Assembly: GCA_964270895.1 (NCBI GenBank)
Contig: OZ185436.1
Reading direction: 5' to 3' (one strand)
DNA length: 64,000 nucleotides
Origin: Podarcis filfolensis
Taxonomy: Eukaryota
Positions within the stretch are counted from its first letter, which is position 1. Every line of letters starts with the position of its first letter. Both the position numbers and the translations under genes were made by a program. Under the pieces are notes generated by a model. The model worked only from the letters and a program-made list of their open reading frames with translations. It was not told the DNA's origin and did not search any database. Of the stretch, positions 25,403-38,143 are shown piece by piece.

Positions 25403-27000
25403 AGAAAGACATGCCCCTGAAGCTGAGGAACAGAGAAGCAGATGAAACTTTTGCTCAGAATTGGTTCTCAAGTTCATGGAGGATAAGGCTGTCCATGGCT
25501 ACTAGCCATGATGGCTATGTTGGGTCTCCACTGTTGAAAGCAGTGTTGTTGGATAGTACAAGTTGGGAGATCGCTGTTTCACTGAGGCCCTTCTTGCTGG
25601 CTTCCTGTAGGCATTTTAATGGCCACTGTAAGAACAGGATGCTGGTCTAGATGCGCCTCTTCTTGTGTTATGTGTAGACTAGCAGGGTTCTTCTTATGTG
25701 CAGAAGGATAGTCTTTGAATTCAAGTGTGAGAAAACTGAATAAATTTTGGATTAAAAGTGACCAGCTCAGACAGGATAGAAGAGAGCTAGACCATGAATC
25801 ATGGGCTTGCAAAGGATTTCAGTAGTCCTCTACATTGGTGTTGGGAGTGGGGGGCAGTGTAAAACCCCCTAAAGGAAGTCGGGGCTCATATACTAACTTC
25901 TCCATGGAACACACTTCTTGCCTAGAAACCAAAATAGATATTACTTGAGCTTCAGTTGTCTCTAACAATTATTCTTTGCCTTCCAGAGATGTGGATTTTC
26001 TAACCGCCTCAAGCCGGTTCTCTTGCTGTCCCAGATCCAGCCAGCCTGTCACCGCAGTGGGGGAGGGAGGGAGCACTGCCTCTAGACAATGTGCAGTCCC
26101 TTTCTGAGAATTCTCTCTGTGGTCTGCAGAGATTACACTCTAAAATTGCTGCATGCTTCACGCGAAGGAGTCTAATATTCCAAACCTTTTCTGACTGCTA
26201 TTAATATTTTATCTGCAGCCCTTAAAGCAGGACCTTATCCAGTCCTCCAGCAGCTCGTCTGCATGGCATGCTTGCTGACCTTGTAGAGACCCATCTTTTG
26301 TGCAGTACATTGAAGAAGGCAGGGAATGTTTTCCTGGTGAAGAAACTTGTGTGGTCACAGCAGGAACCTGCAAGATTTGATTAATTACAGAGGCCAGCCT
26401 GGAAAAGTGGCTATTAACTGATTCCCGAGTCATTCTCCACACATCACGATCTATCATGTTTTGAGTTTTGAACAGCATTCTTATCTTAGAGGCCTCGTCT
26501 TCTCCCTCAGCATAATCAGAGATTGCAAAGAGATTAGTCTGAAGTGTGATGTCTTTAATTATTATCGTTGCAAAGTCTCGTTTCCACTAGCTGCTTCTGT
26601 GATCATTTGTGAATGTGATCCAGAGAGGATCCTTAGCCACCCCTGGGGAACCTATGGACTTCGGCTAAGCTATAGGGATGTCAGGTTAGGCTTGGATTTC
26701 CCAGGTACCCTTTGGGAAAATGTGGAGCATAATGACTGGAGGTTTTTATGAAAAATGAATTAGATAAGGACTGTAATGCAGTGGTATGTAATAGCTAAAT
26801 GCTAACAAGCTTTGGGTGCTGTGTTGAGCTTCCCAACACCAACATAGCCATTAAGGTGTACCTTGCATAAGTAATAGCTTTTGGTACTATCCTGTTTCCG
26901 AATATTCAGGGTTCGGCATTTCGCACTGGGGAGGTAGAGACCACCAAAAGGGATATATATAATTCCCCTGAAGGTCACAGACAACTTGAGGCAACTATAT

Positions 27001-27136
27001 CAGCCTTCCCCTACCTGGTGCCTTCCTAATGTTTTGAAGTTCAGCTCCCATCATCTCTTACCATGCTGGCTACCGTGGAAGAGAGAGTTGGAATACAAAA
27101 CATCTGAGGGAGTGGTACCAGGTCTGAGGAAGACTG
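27001..27136. mobile_element. Degenerate hAT-type MITE (family B relative)
   Basis: cagccttcccctacctggtgccttcc...ctcccatcatc...caaaacatctgagggagtggtaccaggtctgaggaagactg; inverted ends. Confidence 0.55.
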
Positions 27137-27353
27137 AATTAGAGTATGGACGAGGTTTGTTTCTGTGTTCATTGCTAATTGAGGTTCAGCTGTGTACATT
27201 GCTGGAAATGAGTAGGTTGGCCTCACGTGTTCAAAGGTAACCTAAGTATGGGCCCTGGGTTGATACTGCTTGAAACTTGCATTGTTTTTATTTGTTTCAT
27301 TTCATATCACTCCTATAATTTCCTTTCAACCTGTGCATTTGTAAATTAGCAGA

Positions 27354-27486
27354 NNNNNNNNNNNNNNNNNNNNNNNNNNNNNNNNNNNNNNNNNNNNNNN
27401 NNNNNNNNNNNNNNNNNNNNNNNNNNNNNNNNNNNNNNNNNNNNNNNNNNNNNNNNNNNNNNNNNNNNNNNNNNNNNNNNNNNNNN
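27354..27486. other. Assembly gap (133 N)
   Basis: Run of N in intron 19. Confidence 1.
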
Positions 27487-28266
27487 AAAAATCTGTTTCT
27501 GTTCTCACTGCGTTAACTTTCCTGAACTATACCTTAAATGTACAGAAAGGAAGAAAATTCACAGGACTTGGGTCAAAAGAAAAAGGATACTCACACATCT
27601 TTCAGATTCCCTTCACACATGTGGATTAGGAAATCCAGCTCTACACGAACAGCAGGCATAGAGGAAACTGAGGTGGATAGCTGTGGTAATGTGACAGATA
27701 GGAGGGTGGGATCTAGATTTTCCTCCCCTTGCAAGAACTGCTTTGCATGCCTACCTCCAGAAAGCCGGTGCTCAGCTTGTTTGTAAAGCAAGGATGGTAC
27801 CAAGACTCTCAGCAATGTATTTAATATGTCCTGAACTCACAACAGCCCCACACAACACACACTATTTCTGGTGCCTTCCACTTTCTGTCAGGCACTTCCA
27901 TGTATTCTGGAATTCTTAGTACAAGTAAAAAGATGCCACTGCTCATTCTAGGAATATAGAGAAAGCTGTGAGATTGTACTGCGGGAAAATGATTTGCAGT
28001 GCATATCCCACCTCAATGTATAAGAGAGCCAGCAGCTGTCCATGGTACTAACACAGATAAACGTGCATGAGAAAAAGCAAAGGGGTGTTCACGAAATTAA
28101 ATGTTATCCTGTACATATTTGGACTTGTTTCTTCTTTGATAGCAAACGTTGTGGGTATTTCTGTATGAAAGCAAGAAACCATTTAGCAGCTCCCAGGTAT
28201 GTAAATATTCACAGCTTGGCAAATGAGATTAAAGTATTGCATCTCTCTCTCTCTCTTTTTAAATAG

Positions 28267-28335
28267 GAACGAATTTTCCTCACACTCTCCAACTATATTT
28301 TCACAGCAATCTTCCTGGCTGAAATGACCATCAAG
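28267..28335 (+). CDS. CACNA1G: CACNA1G exon ~20, domain III S2
   Basis: tttaaatag|GAA CGA; [23 protein letters not shown]; donor AAG|gtaaat; 69 nt. Confidence 0.96.
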
Positions 28336-28587
28336 GTAAATTACCCTTTGGCCTTTTGGCCTCATCCTGAACCCTCATGAAACACATCTTTCCTACCTAC
28401 TGAACTCATTTCATCAGTATAAGCTCTATGCCAGTATGCACATGTCCTATGAAAACGGGCTTCCCTACTGGGACATCCCAGCATGCACATTCAAAACCTC
28501 TGAGAGTGTTTGGAACTCATATGCACTCATTGAGTTCTAAACAATTAAGCTACATGTTTGTAGCAGCTAATAGAGCAAGAATAGAAA

Positions 28588-28710
28588 CCAGTGGTGCTAC
28601 AGATGGTGCTGGACTACAGTTTCCACCATCCCTTTTCCTTGGCTATGCTTTCCTGGTCTGATGGGAATTGGAATCCAACAACATGGGGAGCCACAAGTTC
28701 CCCATCCCTG
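28588..28710. mobile_element. Degenerate hAT-type MITE (family B), left-truncated
   Basis: cagatggtgctggactacagtttccaccatcc...ggaatccaacaacatggggagccacaagttccccatccctg. Confidence 0.5.
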
Positions 28711-29464
28711 TTAACAGAGGTTGGCTAGTGGAATGTGTACTCCCATCTGTTGACCTCATGAACCACAGAACTGAGACCCTGTGCAGCAGCTTGCCATGTA
28801 ACCTAAATCAAGACCAAGCACATTCCACAAGGGCTCATTTTCGACATCTGAGTTTGTATCTGCTATATGCTCTTTTAAGAGATTTACCATTCAGACCTGC
28901 TTGCCTCTGAAAAGACCAGAGTTTTAAATTCTCGGCTGACGCTTTCTAACTTGCTGGGAATTGGTGGGGATGTCACCCTTTCCCACCAGTGTGTAGGAAT
29001 AAATGCTTCCAACAAATCTAGCGTGTGTGAAATTAGCAACCTCTCAAATGTTTCATTTTAGATGTTGTTGTGACCTTGTTGCACCTGAAAATTGTTTGAA
29101 AGCCTTGTGGCTCGGGATAGCATATGGTCAGCAGCTTCCAACCATTTATATCTGCAGTCAGCTGTAAGAAAATATTAATCATGTGTGCCATTCTTTTATG
29201 TAATTTCTATACATTATTGCAGACACTTTTGCACAATTGGGTTTTAACTGCATTAAAAATACATCAGCTGTTAAAGGCACAATCTGGGATGTTTCTGCAT
29301 AGTTATTTTTTACGAACCTTACATTATAACACTTTGCAGGATTGGCTTAGTTGTGTTTCTATAACTGGGAAGCCAATGCATTTGCAGTCTCATATCTGTA
29401 AATAATGCATTCAACATATTGACTCAATTAGTCATCTTTTGTTGCAATTTTGACATCTTGACAG

Positions 29465-29649
29465 GTGGTGGCGTTAGGCTTGTGCTTTGGTGAGAAGGCA
29501 TACTTGAGAAGTAGTTGGAATGTGCTGGACGGGGTGTTGGTTCTCATCTCAGTGGCTGACATCCTGGTTTCGATGGTTTCCGATAGCGGCACAAAAATCC
29601 TTGGAATGCTAAGAGTCTTGAGGCTACTGCGAACTCTCAGACCATTAAG
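29465..29649 (+). CDS. CACNA1G: CACNA1G exon ~21, domain III S3-S4
   Basis: ttgacag|GTG GTG; [61 protein letters not shown](R); donor TAAG|gtaagg; 185 nt. Confidence 0.97.
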
Positions 29650-30112
29650 GTAAGGAAACTACAGAGGGTTATGTAGGATGGTCAAATGTTGTTGGGCTGG
29701 GTGTGGGGAAATGATGAATCCAGTGTGTCATGGAAAGAAATAAGGGTGCTCTTAAAGAAATATGGAGTGGAAGGACACCTATACTGGGGGAACATACCAT
29801 TAAATGTTTGCAGATGAAATCTGTACTTGAGAGAGCGCCACAGGCCTCAGCAGAGATGCTAGAGGCACAGCACACTGCTTCAGGATGCTATGTTCAGTGA
29901 CCTTTGGCAAAAGCAGTCTGTTGCTCATGCTAAATAATAAATTGAATTTGTATGAAAAGAAACTGTCTGTCTCACAGTGGATACACATGACCAAATATCT
30001 GGGCTTTTTTGTTTAATTGATAGTCCTTTCCTTATGTTGTCAACTGCCCTGTGATCATTGTAAATAATTGTGACAGTTTTACTGTAAATAAAATAATTTC
30101 AGACAAGTCTCC

Positions 30113-30115
<3 letters not shown>

Positions 30116-30146
<31 letters not shown>
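30116..30146. repeat. (TAA)10 microsatellite
   Basis: Direct reading. Confidence 0.95.
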
Positions 30147-30224
30147 CTTTAGCATACACCTGAAAGAGTAGTTTGTTGGATAATGCCTTTGATCAGATGG
30201 TAGTGGTGGATGCAAGGCTAAAAG

Positions 30225-30470
30225 TAGGAGCTCTTAGGGTCCTTTACCATCAAATGTAGTAGCCAAGCAGGGTTGTAAAGGAAGAAGTGGTCTCTCAAAT
30301 AGCTGGGTCCCAAGTTGTTTAGGCAGTGTAAACAAGTAACAACACCGTGAACCTGCCTGCTGGTATACAAACAGCCAGTGCAGCTGCTTCAACAAAAGTG
30401 TAATATGGTGTCTTGGGTTTTTCCTTCTGCCGAAATAATGTTTTTTGGGGACAGATGAGTGATGAGTGAT
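30225..30470 (-). mobile_element. L2 LINE fragment
   Basis: Minus-strand translation HHITLLLKQLHWL... matches the L2 ORF2 C-terminal motif HITPxLxxLHWLP. Confidence 0.65.
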
Positions 30471-30776
30471 CAAGACGGCTGTTACAACTAGCATGCTTCT
30501 CTCTGGAGAGACCAGGGATGATTAGGTGCTTGTTTACTGAGGTCTGTTGACAACCTGCATTATAGCACTCTGAAAAGACCCCGTTTAAAAGAAAAGAGAA
30601 GGAATTCCAAGTGTTGTTTGTAGATAACTTTCCGAGGTGCTGTGGCATTAACTACTCATTTAGATTTATTTATTTTTTTAATGCTACCCTTCCACAAAGT
30701 GTTCTGTACAGTTTATAAAAGTTATGAATCGGTTAAATAAAGACACAAGAAAATAACATCAGGGTATGTATTAACA

Positions 30777-31111
30777 GGGACACGGGGGGCGCTGTGGGTT
30801 AAACTACAGAGCCTAGGACTTGCCAATCAGAAGGTCAGCGGTTCGAATCCCCGCGACGGGGGGGAGCTCCCATTGCTCAGTCCCTGCTCCTGCCAACCTA
30901 GCAGTTCAAAAGCACGTCAAAGTGCAAGTAGATAAATAGGTATCGCTCCAGTGGCGCTGCTCTGGTTCGCCAGAAGCGGCTTAGTCATGCTGGCCACATG
31001 ACCCGGAAGCTGTACGTCGGCTCCCTCGGCCAATAAAGCGAGATGAGCACCACAACCCCAGAGTCTGCCACGACTGGACCTAATGGTCAGGGGTCCCTTT
31101 ACCTTTACCTT
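30777..31111 (+). mobile_element. Sauria SINE (Squam1/POM type), near full length with TSD
   Basis: tRNA-like head gggacacggggggcgctgtgggttaaac...ggttcgaatcc (B box), body gcagttcaaaagcac...gctggccacatgacccggaag, tail (ACCTTT)n; 12-bp TSD tatgtattaaca at 30765-30776 and 31112-31123. Confidence 0.92.
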
Positions 31112-31151
31112 TATGTATTAACAACAATATCAGTGCAGCCAATACAAGATC

Positions 31152-31329
31152 ATAGGGAACTTCCTACTGAATCTATTCGTCCATCATGCTCAGTGTTGTC
31201 TACACAGACAGGTAGAAGCTCTTCAGGGTTTTAGGTAAAGGGCCTCACCCAGCCCTACCAAGAGATGCTGGGAATTGAGCATGGGGCATTCTAAATACAA
31301 AGAAGATGCTCTACTGTTGAGCTACAGCC
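31152..31329 (-). mobile_element. tRNA-derived SINE (Squam3-like)
   Basis: Reverse complement starts ggctgtagctcaacagtagagcatc and ends ...gtaggaagttccctatg, collinear with the copy at 16998. Confidence 0.7.
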
Positions 31330-31414
31330 AATCATTGGGCGGGGGGGAATAATTATTGTGAAGTATCTAAGATGCATATAACTTTAAAAAAAAGATTTGC
31401 AAAATAAAAATAAC

Positions 31415-31675
31415 TTTACCTGGTGCTGGAAAGACCACAGTGTAGGTATCAGGCAAAAGGCCCGCTCCTTAGTAACCACACATCTCATTTGGTGGAGGCA
31501 TCAAGAGTACAACCTCTAATGAAGATCTTAAGGCATATGCAGAAAAAGGTGAACCTTCCAGTAGCATGGCCCCAAGCCATTTAGGAGATTAAAAAATAAT
31601 ATTAGCACCTTGAATTCGGCACAGAAATATTTTGAAGTCAGTGCAGATGTTAAAGTCCTGATGTGATAATTAATA
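31415..31675 (-). mobile_element. L2 LINE fragment
   Basis: ggccccaagccatttagg...agcaccttgaattcggcacagaaa...gtcagtgcag is the reverse complement of the L2 LHWLP...FKVL...ALNGLGP region. Confidence 0.6.
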
Positions 31676-34158
31676 TTCTCACTGTTCTATATTGGAGCAG
31701 CTGAGTTTCCAGACTTTTTCCACAGTTAGCCCAATTAATCCACTAGCCCCTTGTAAATCTGGATTACTTGCAACTAATTTTTTTCCTTCCTGGCTGCTAT
31801 TGCCAGGATCAAATACAAGAGAAATCAACATTTAAAAATGTATTCAGAATAATTGGGGGGGAAGGGGTTGAATACTATTCTGTCCTGGCTTTGGCTTCCA
31901 AAATAGATGTATGAATTATTCACTCTTCATAACACTACGCTACAAGTCATTTTTCGTGGCTCTTTTCTATCATATTAACACTTCTCTGAGTGTTGAAGGC
32001 AAATCTGAATTTCCCTCACTTTGTGACAAGTGCTCTGATCGGACTAGTAGGCTTAAAGCTGGCAAACGTGTTCCAGCAGATATGAGACTGACAGGTGTTT
32101 AGGATGGAGCTGTCTGCATGGTGCAAGTTTAGCAGAAAGAATCGAGACTGCTGAGGCTAGCAGAACTGGGAAATGCTCCAGGGATTAGATGGGGAGGTAT
32201 GTTTTGGAAGGGGGAGTAACACATGCCCTGACTTTAATTTTCTTTATTTGTCATGCACTTGACACTAGCTTAAAACCATTCTCACTACAGCCTCAAGTAG
32301 CTGAAATGGATGGGTTCTCTGCATGGAGAGCTAGATCACATTCCTGATCTACAGGAATGCAGCATCCCCATTCCCAAATATTAGTGCTAACTCTAGTCAA
32401 CTTCAGCCGCTGCCCCCCACCCACCCACAACCTCTTGGATACCACTGAGCTTCTGTTCCTGCCTACCACCTCCGTGGTCTCTGATCCACCACACTATTAA
32501 TTTAGAGCCAAAAAGCCATGCTGATTTTACCATTAAGGGTCCCTGGAGCCCTTAAGCAAAAACATGTTGCCCTCTTTCAGTGATTAGGGATTAGTTGTAT
32601 TCTGTAAAAGTCTTTACATTTTTGTTTCCTGAAGACATGAGAACTGCATTAGCATTGAAGCTGAGGAGGAAACGACAGAGAGGTTTTTAAGCCAAAGCTG
32701 TGCACGTTTCTGCACCAAGTAATCCAAATGTGGTTTTGGTGCCCGGAATAAATAGTGCAACTTACATAATGCATATTGCAACATTTGGATGTGATTGTTT
32801 TTCATTATATAGTCTACTTCAAGGAATTTGCAGCCCCCCCCCCTTCCCACGCCAATGAAAAATATAGAAGAACATAGATCTGGTGGGGAAATGGTGAAGC
32901 AGACTAGAGAATAGAGCCAAGGGAATGACAGAAGAATCCCTGTCCAGCTTGTAGAAATCTTTCATCAAAACATGCCTGCGCACATCCAAATCTTCCCCCA
33001 CCCTAGCACCAAGTGTAACTGTACTCTTCGCTACCAAAAGGAAACAGCTTAGACAAACACGCCTCCCTTTTCATCCGAAGAGGCGCCACTTCATACATGC
33101 ACTCTGTGATGTGGTGTCCGCAATGGATGCAAACCATATGGGCACTTCTCCACATGGTATGTCGTTTGTGTGAAGCGCTGCCCTTGTGATTCAAGCCAGT
33201 TTTAACTGCGCCAGCAAAGCCTTGGAGGTTGTGCAAGCTTTGTTGGCCAGGAACTATGTGTCCAAGGCTTTACACAAGGTTTGCCATGTGGCAGGGCACA
33301 CATGGCTCACATCCTTGGTGGCCATCACACCATGGCCACACACACATCCATATTAACCTCTACCTGGACTAGGCCTGCAGAAAGCAATCCATTCGCTGTA
33401 TGTGGTATGTTTATTTGCTGGAGGAGTTATATAAAGATCATCCATCTGCTTCCTTTTTTTAAAAAAATGAAGAGAATACAACATTCTATTATTAACAAAA
33501 AGCAAAAGCAGTTGTCTGTGTAAATTCTTGTTCTAATTGCTCGGGGAAAATAATGGAGATTGGAAAGTGATATTTCTATTATTATACACGGGGATTTAGT
33601 GAGAGGCAGTGGCGAGCAATAAAATCTGTATTGTAGTTTCCTGCTTCCAGCGTTTAGGGACATACCTGCTTTAAATAGTTCACTAGAACACTACAGATTA
33701 CGCCTAGCATTAAGCATGACTAATTTTATTAGCAGGAGTACTCTGGTGGTTGAAGAGTGACTTGTGATTGGCTCTAGCTAAAAATGAGTAGGCATATCAG
33801 AGGTGAGTGTGACAAATAGGGTTTTTTTAATATAAAAAGATGAGAAGAGGAGGAAGGAGACATTGTGCAGAAGTCTCAGAGGGCGACATGAAATGAAGAC
33901 CCTCAACAGGAGCTACTCTAATAAGACCTGGAAGCAAAGGGCTGGCAAAGGAGAGTGCAACCCTCAACCACTGGGACAGTAAGGAGGACAAAGGAAAATG
34001 GGAAGAGCACAGCCTGGAGGGCCTTGTAAGGTAAAATACCTGAAGGAAAAGGGAGAGAACCCTAGTGAAGGATTAAGGACAATTGCTGCAACATTGTCTG
34101 GGTCAGGGCTGCTTTTATATATGGAGTACCAATTAGTTGTGGACTCAGCTGATTTAGG

Positions 34159-34290
34159 CAGGAATGGGAAACCTTTGGTTCTCTGGATGCTGTTCAACTC
34201 CCATGAGTCCTAGCCAACATAGCAAGTGGTCAGGGATGATAGGAGTTGGAGTCCTACAACATATGGATGTCCACCATTTCCCCATCCTTG
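34159..34290. mobile_element. Degenerate hAT-type MITE (family B)
   Basis: caggaatgggaaacctttggttctctggatg ... ccaccatttccccatccttg; palindromic interior ctcccatga / gataggagttggagtcc. Confidence 0.6.
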
Positions 34291-34339
34291 AGCTAAGGAT
34301 AGAATGGGGGGGAGAGAGACTTCCAGTCCCAGCTCTAAG

Positions 34340-35125
34340 CTAGTGTTCAAGTGTGATGCTGCCCATTACTCCAAAGATAGTGACTCTTGTCCAGGTAGGG
34401 TGGCACTCCCACTATAGGAAGAATGTATGGGTTGCGCCTAGATCCTGCTTTGTCACTGGAGGCACAGTTGACCACAGTCGCACTGAATGCCTTCTACCAG
34501 ATGCAGCTAGCATGCCAACTCCGATCCTTTCTGGATAGAGATAGCTGAGCCTCAGTCATCCATGTTTTGGTAACCTCCAGCTTAGACTTCGGTAATGTGT
34601 TATATGTGGGGCTGCCTTTGAAAAGAGTTTGGAAAGTACCATTAGTTCAAAATACAGCTGCTAGATTGCTAACTAGAACCAGATGCAGTGATCACAAAAT
34701 GCCAGTGCTTCGTTAATTGCACTGGATCCTTGTCTTGTTGAGTTCAGTTAAGTTCTTAACTCCTAAAGCCCTTAATGGCTTAGGTCCAAGTTGCATGATG
34801 AATCTTATTCTTCTTTATCAGTCAAGGTCATTTTCGAAGGCCATCACTTTTGGATGGCCCTGCCACCACAGATTCAGTGGGAGGTGACAAGGAAAAGGGT
34901 CTGCTTGGTGGTGGTGCCCTGGTTGTAGAATTCTCTCTCCAGGGAAAAAAACAAAAACTTGCCTGGTACCTACTGGCATCATTTTTATTCTCCCAGGCAT
35001 TTTAACTGGGTTTTATTTTGAGTGTTTGGTACTTATACTGTTCTGTAACCTGCTCTTTTAGCTTCTGTTCTTGTTTTTATTGTATACCTGTTATTCTTTT
35101 CTATGGTATTATTTTATTTCTGTTT
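34340..35125 (+). mobile_element. L2 LINE 3' fragment (~0.8 kb), degenerate
   Basis: Interrupted frame QLRSFLDRDS.ASVIHVLVTSSLDF.NVLYVGLPLKRVWKVPLVQNTAARLLT...LHW...KALNGLGP, the L2 ORF2 C-terminus, followed by a T-rich 3' UTR. Confidence 0.8.
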
Positions 35126-36990
35126 TGATTATAATCTGCTCCTGGGAAGTTTCTTTGAACTGCATGGTATAAAGTAACTAAAATAAATAGGCAGGAATGC
35201 TAGTTTATTGCTGATCTTGAAAGTGGAGCTGCCTAAATGGATGGGAGCTGCCTGTGCAGAGCACACTAAGCTGAGGACTGGGATGGTTGCTTTGGAGGAT
35301 AAAGGGCAGGCTATGTCTGCAGGAAAGCTTTTCCCACTCACAGTGAACACTTTTGGAATGCACTCAAAATATGGGAAGCAGCCTTGGGAGAAAATGAAGG
35401 AAAGCACAATATGATATTCTATTTTTTTCATGTCCAGGTGGTTTTCATGCATTGGGTGGACTGTGCAAGGGTGGCAAGTGGGTCTTCTTGGATGCGCTTA
35501 ATGAGACCAAAGAAAAATGTTCACTAAAACTTCCAGCAAGGCTTCAGAGCCATGCTTTTACAACATTCACTCTACACTTGTTTTAGTGTACACCCACAAA
35601 GGACAGTTTATGTTCGTTTACAAATGCAGTGTCCACTAAATAGTAAAACAGAGTACTTGTATTAACTACTGTTCACTCTGTATGTCCACATCCATTCTTA
35701 AGACTTTACTCCCAGCTTGTTAAGCATGGCAAGCTGTTTTGGTCAATTTTTTTTAGGGGGACATTGCTTAAGGACTTGGTAGCTAACATAAGGCAAGCAA
35801 GCTTCTTCTTAATTCTCTTGGTAAAGTTCTGCCCTTGGTAAGACTTGTCCTTGGTAAGGCAGTGCAGTAATTCTAGCTGCTTTGTTTTCCTGCTTGCATC
35901 TGTCTCACGTATCGATTGCTTGCTCACTCTCTCCAATTGCAGCAGTATACTCTAATTCGCAGTTATGGAATTTTGTGCCGTATTCAGGAGTGGTGCTGCA
36001 TCACTGAAGGTCACTGATTAGTGTGGTAGTTGTACAAAGTCCCAATCAAGGCTTCCTGAGTGAGTTTCAACTCAGGGAAGTTGGAATGTATATGACAGAA
36101 TGGAGGTAGGAAAGTCAAGAGCAAAAGCATTTTAAGCAACGGTGTTATGAACAAACAAAACAAAACCTAACACAGGGAATTGCTGTTATCATTGGCTATA
36201 GAATTTAAAGCTACTTATAAAAGACAACTATTTTCTTAAAGCTTTTGTACCTCTTTCTTCAGCAAAAAAGAGGGGGTTCTATAAGAATTAGAAGTCATCC
36301 ACATGGAGAATGATAAGCTGACTTTTAGTTGCTCTGCACAGATGTGGAAAGTGAAGCCTGTGGAGATATGCTATTCTACTATGCTCCTTGGAGAGTGAAG
36401 GGCTAGGATAGCATATACTCCATGTGATGAAGAAGATCTCAGGTATATGGCAGCCATACAGACCAATGGGCCAATGCCTGATTTTGTATTAAGGCACTTT
36501 TATGCTCCAGAGAAATTTGTGGGGACGACACTTATTCCAGGAACTTGATTAGATTATTCTGGGGTGCTCTCCATTTATATATTCCACACTCTATGGCTCA
36601 GTGCCTAACAGGGCTTACTGATGGTCTCTTACCCAGGGCCCCTGAAAATCATAAAGCCAACTGTGCATTTATAATGGTGCTGTCACTTTTTCAGGGACAG
36701 TGTCATGCTACAAATCTGCAAGAAATAAAGTGGATCCATTAAAATTGGGGTGGGGAATCTCTGGTGCGCAATCCAAGCATGGCCTGCCAGGCCTCCCCAT
36801 GCAGCTGGTTGGTCTCTCCTGCAGCCCCACTCCTTCCAATGCCCATTTCTCCTTCTTGGCTGCTTCTGTGTGAAACAGAGGACAGGGACAAGCTGGTGGT
36901 GCAGAAACAGACCATAACACGCACAGCAAAGGAAACGCAAGAGATGTATATGAGAGGAGGGAGTGTGGGGATAAATGGATGTGAGTAAAT

Positions 36991-36992
<2 letters not shown>

Positions 36993-37024
<32 letters not shown>
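36993..37024. repeat. (GT)16 microsatellite
   Basis: Direct reading. Confidence 0.95.
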
Positions 37025-37025
<1 letters not shown>

Positions 37026-38143
37026 GGTGTTGGTGTAGAGATGTGTGAAGTGGGAGGATTGTGTAGATTAATTGGTGTGTGTAGTCTTGGCCCCATCCCC
37101 TTCTGGATTTCGCCCTGTCTATTGCTGGCCAAAAAAAGAGAAAAGTTCCCCACTGAATCAATTTAAGGATACCTTTCTGGTGGAACCAGCAGAAATATAA
37201 GTAAATATATTTGCTTTTTACCTTGAGAATGTGAATGATAACAGTGTATTCAGAAAAAAATACAAACTGCTGAAGCTTTGCCGAAGAGCAGAATACATAG
37301 AGATTTTCTCCAAATGCGTAGCAATGTTCAGAAATCCCAGTCAGGAAATAAGGCCGCAAGTGACAGTGAGTTAGATTAAAACCATACATTCAAACTTCTT
37401 GCAGAAGTGAACCATTGTCCAAGGGCCTACATCTGAAGAATGATGTCTGGTTATACGGTGCCAGACTCTGTTTACAGGCGCTTAGATTGTTACCCGTGAG
37501 GTCAAATGGGATACAGTTTAATTTCTCAGCCAAGGAGCATGGGGTTTCCAGGGAAGCACTACTGAGGCTACTGCTGTATTTTTAAAAGTTGAGCAAAATT
37601 AAAGACATGTTGACAGGATACATCACAGGCAACTGAATTCAGCACACACACAAATAAATCTATTTTATTTATTTTTATTAGATTTATATACCTCCCTTCA
37701 TCACAAGATCTCAGGGCAATATCTCAATTGACTGAAACCAGAATCTGTAGGCCAATGCCCTTAATTCACATCATTATACCATAGGCTTTTCCTCATCTTT
37801 TGCAGAAACTGGAGTTTTGGTCAACTGTTCTGGCCATAAGGGGAAGAATGTATGTTGCAGTCACAGCTCTTGATAACTTACGTCCTTTCTCCATTACAGT
37901 GCATTTAAATAGTCAAGCTAAATGCATCTTGAAAGCTTTCTCTCAAAAATTATCCCCTGGGTACTCTGAGAATCCTAAGCTGTCAGTTGCTTCAGAATAC
38001 CCATCTCATTCATTGTTGTAATATTTTTTTTTAACCATTGTGGTAGCAAAGATGCATCCCCATATTCAGCGATAACCCAAATTCAGCCACAGCTCTTTCT
38101 TTACATCTAGCTTCACATTTCTATGGCTGTTTGGAAGACTGGT

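Noticed and set aside
29462-29470. Exon 21 also begins with GT (junction AAG|GTGGTG) as a recursive site
   Set aside because: Poor match at +3 to +6, and skipping 185 nt would shift the frame; much weaker than the exon 17 case.
32106-32127. Second RE1-like sequence ggagctgtctgcatggtgcaag
   Set aside because: Needs a 2-nt insertion in the core and lacks the CTGA end.
36739-37389. Longest track ORF (216 aa, minus strand)
   Set aside because: Runs through a (CA)n microsatellite (HTHTHT), has low-complexity composition and no recognisable domain; a chance frame.
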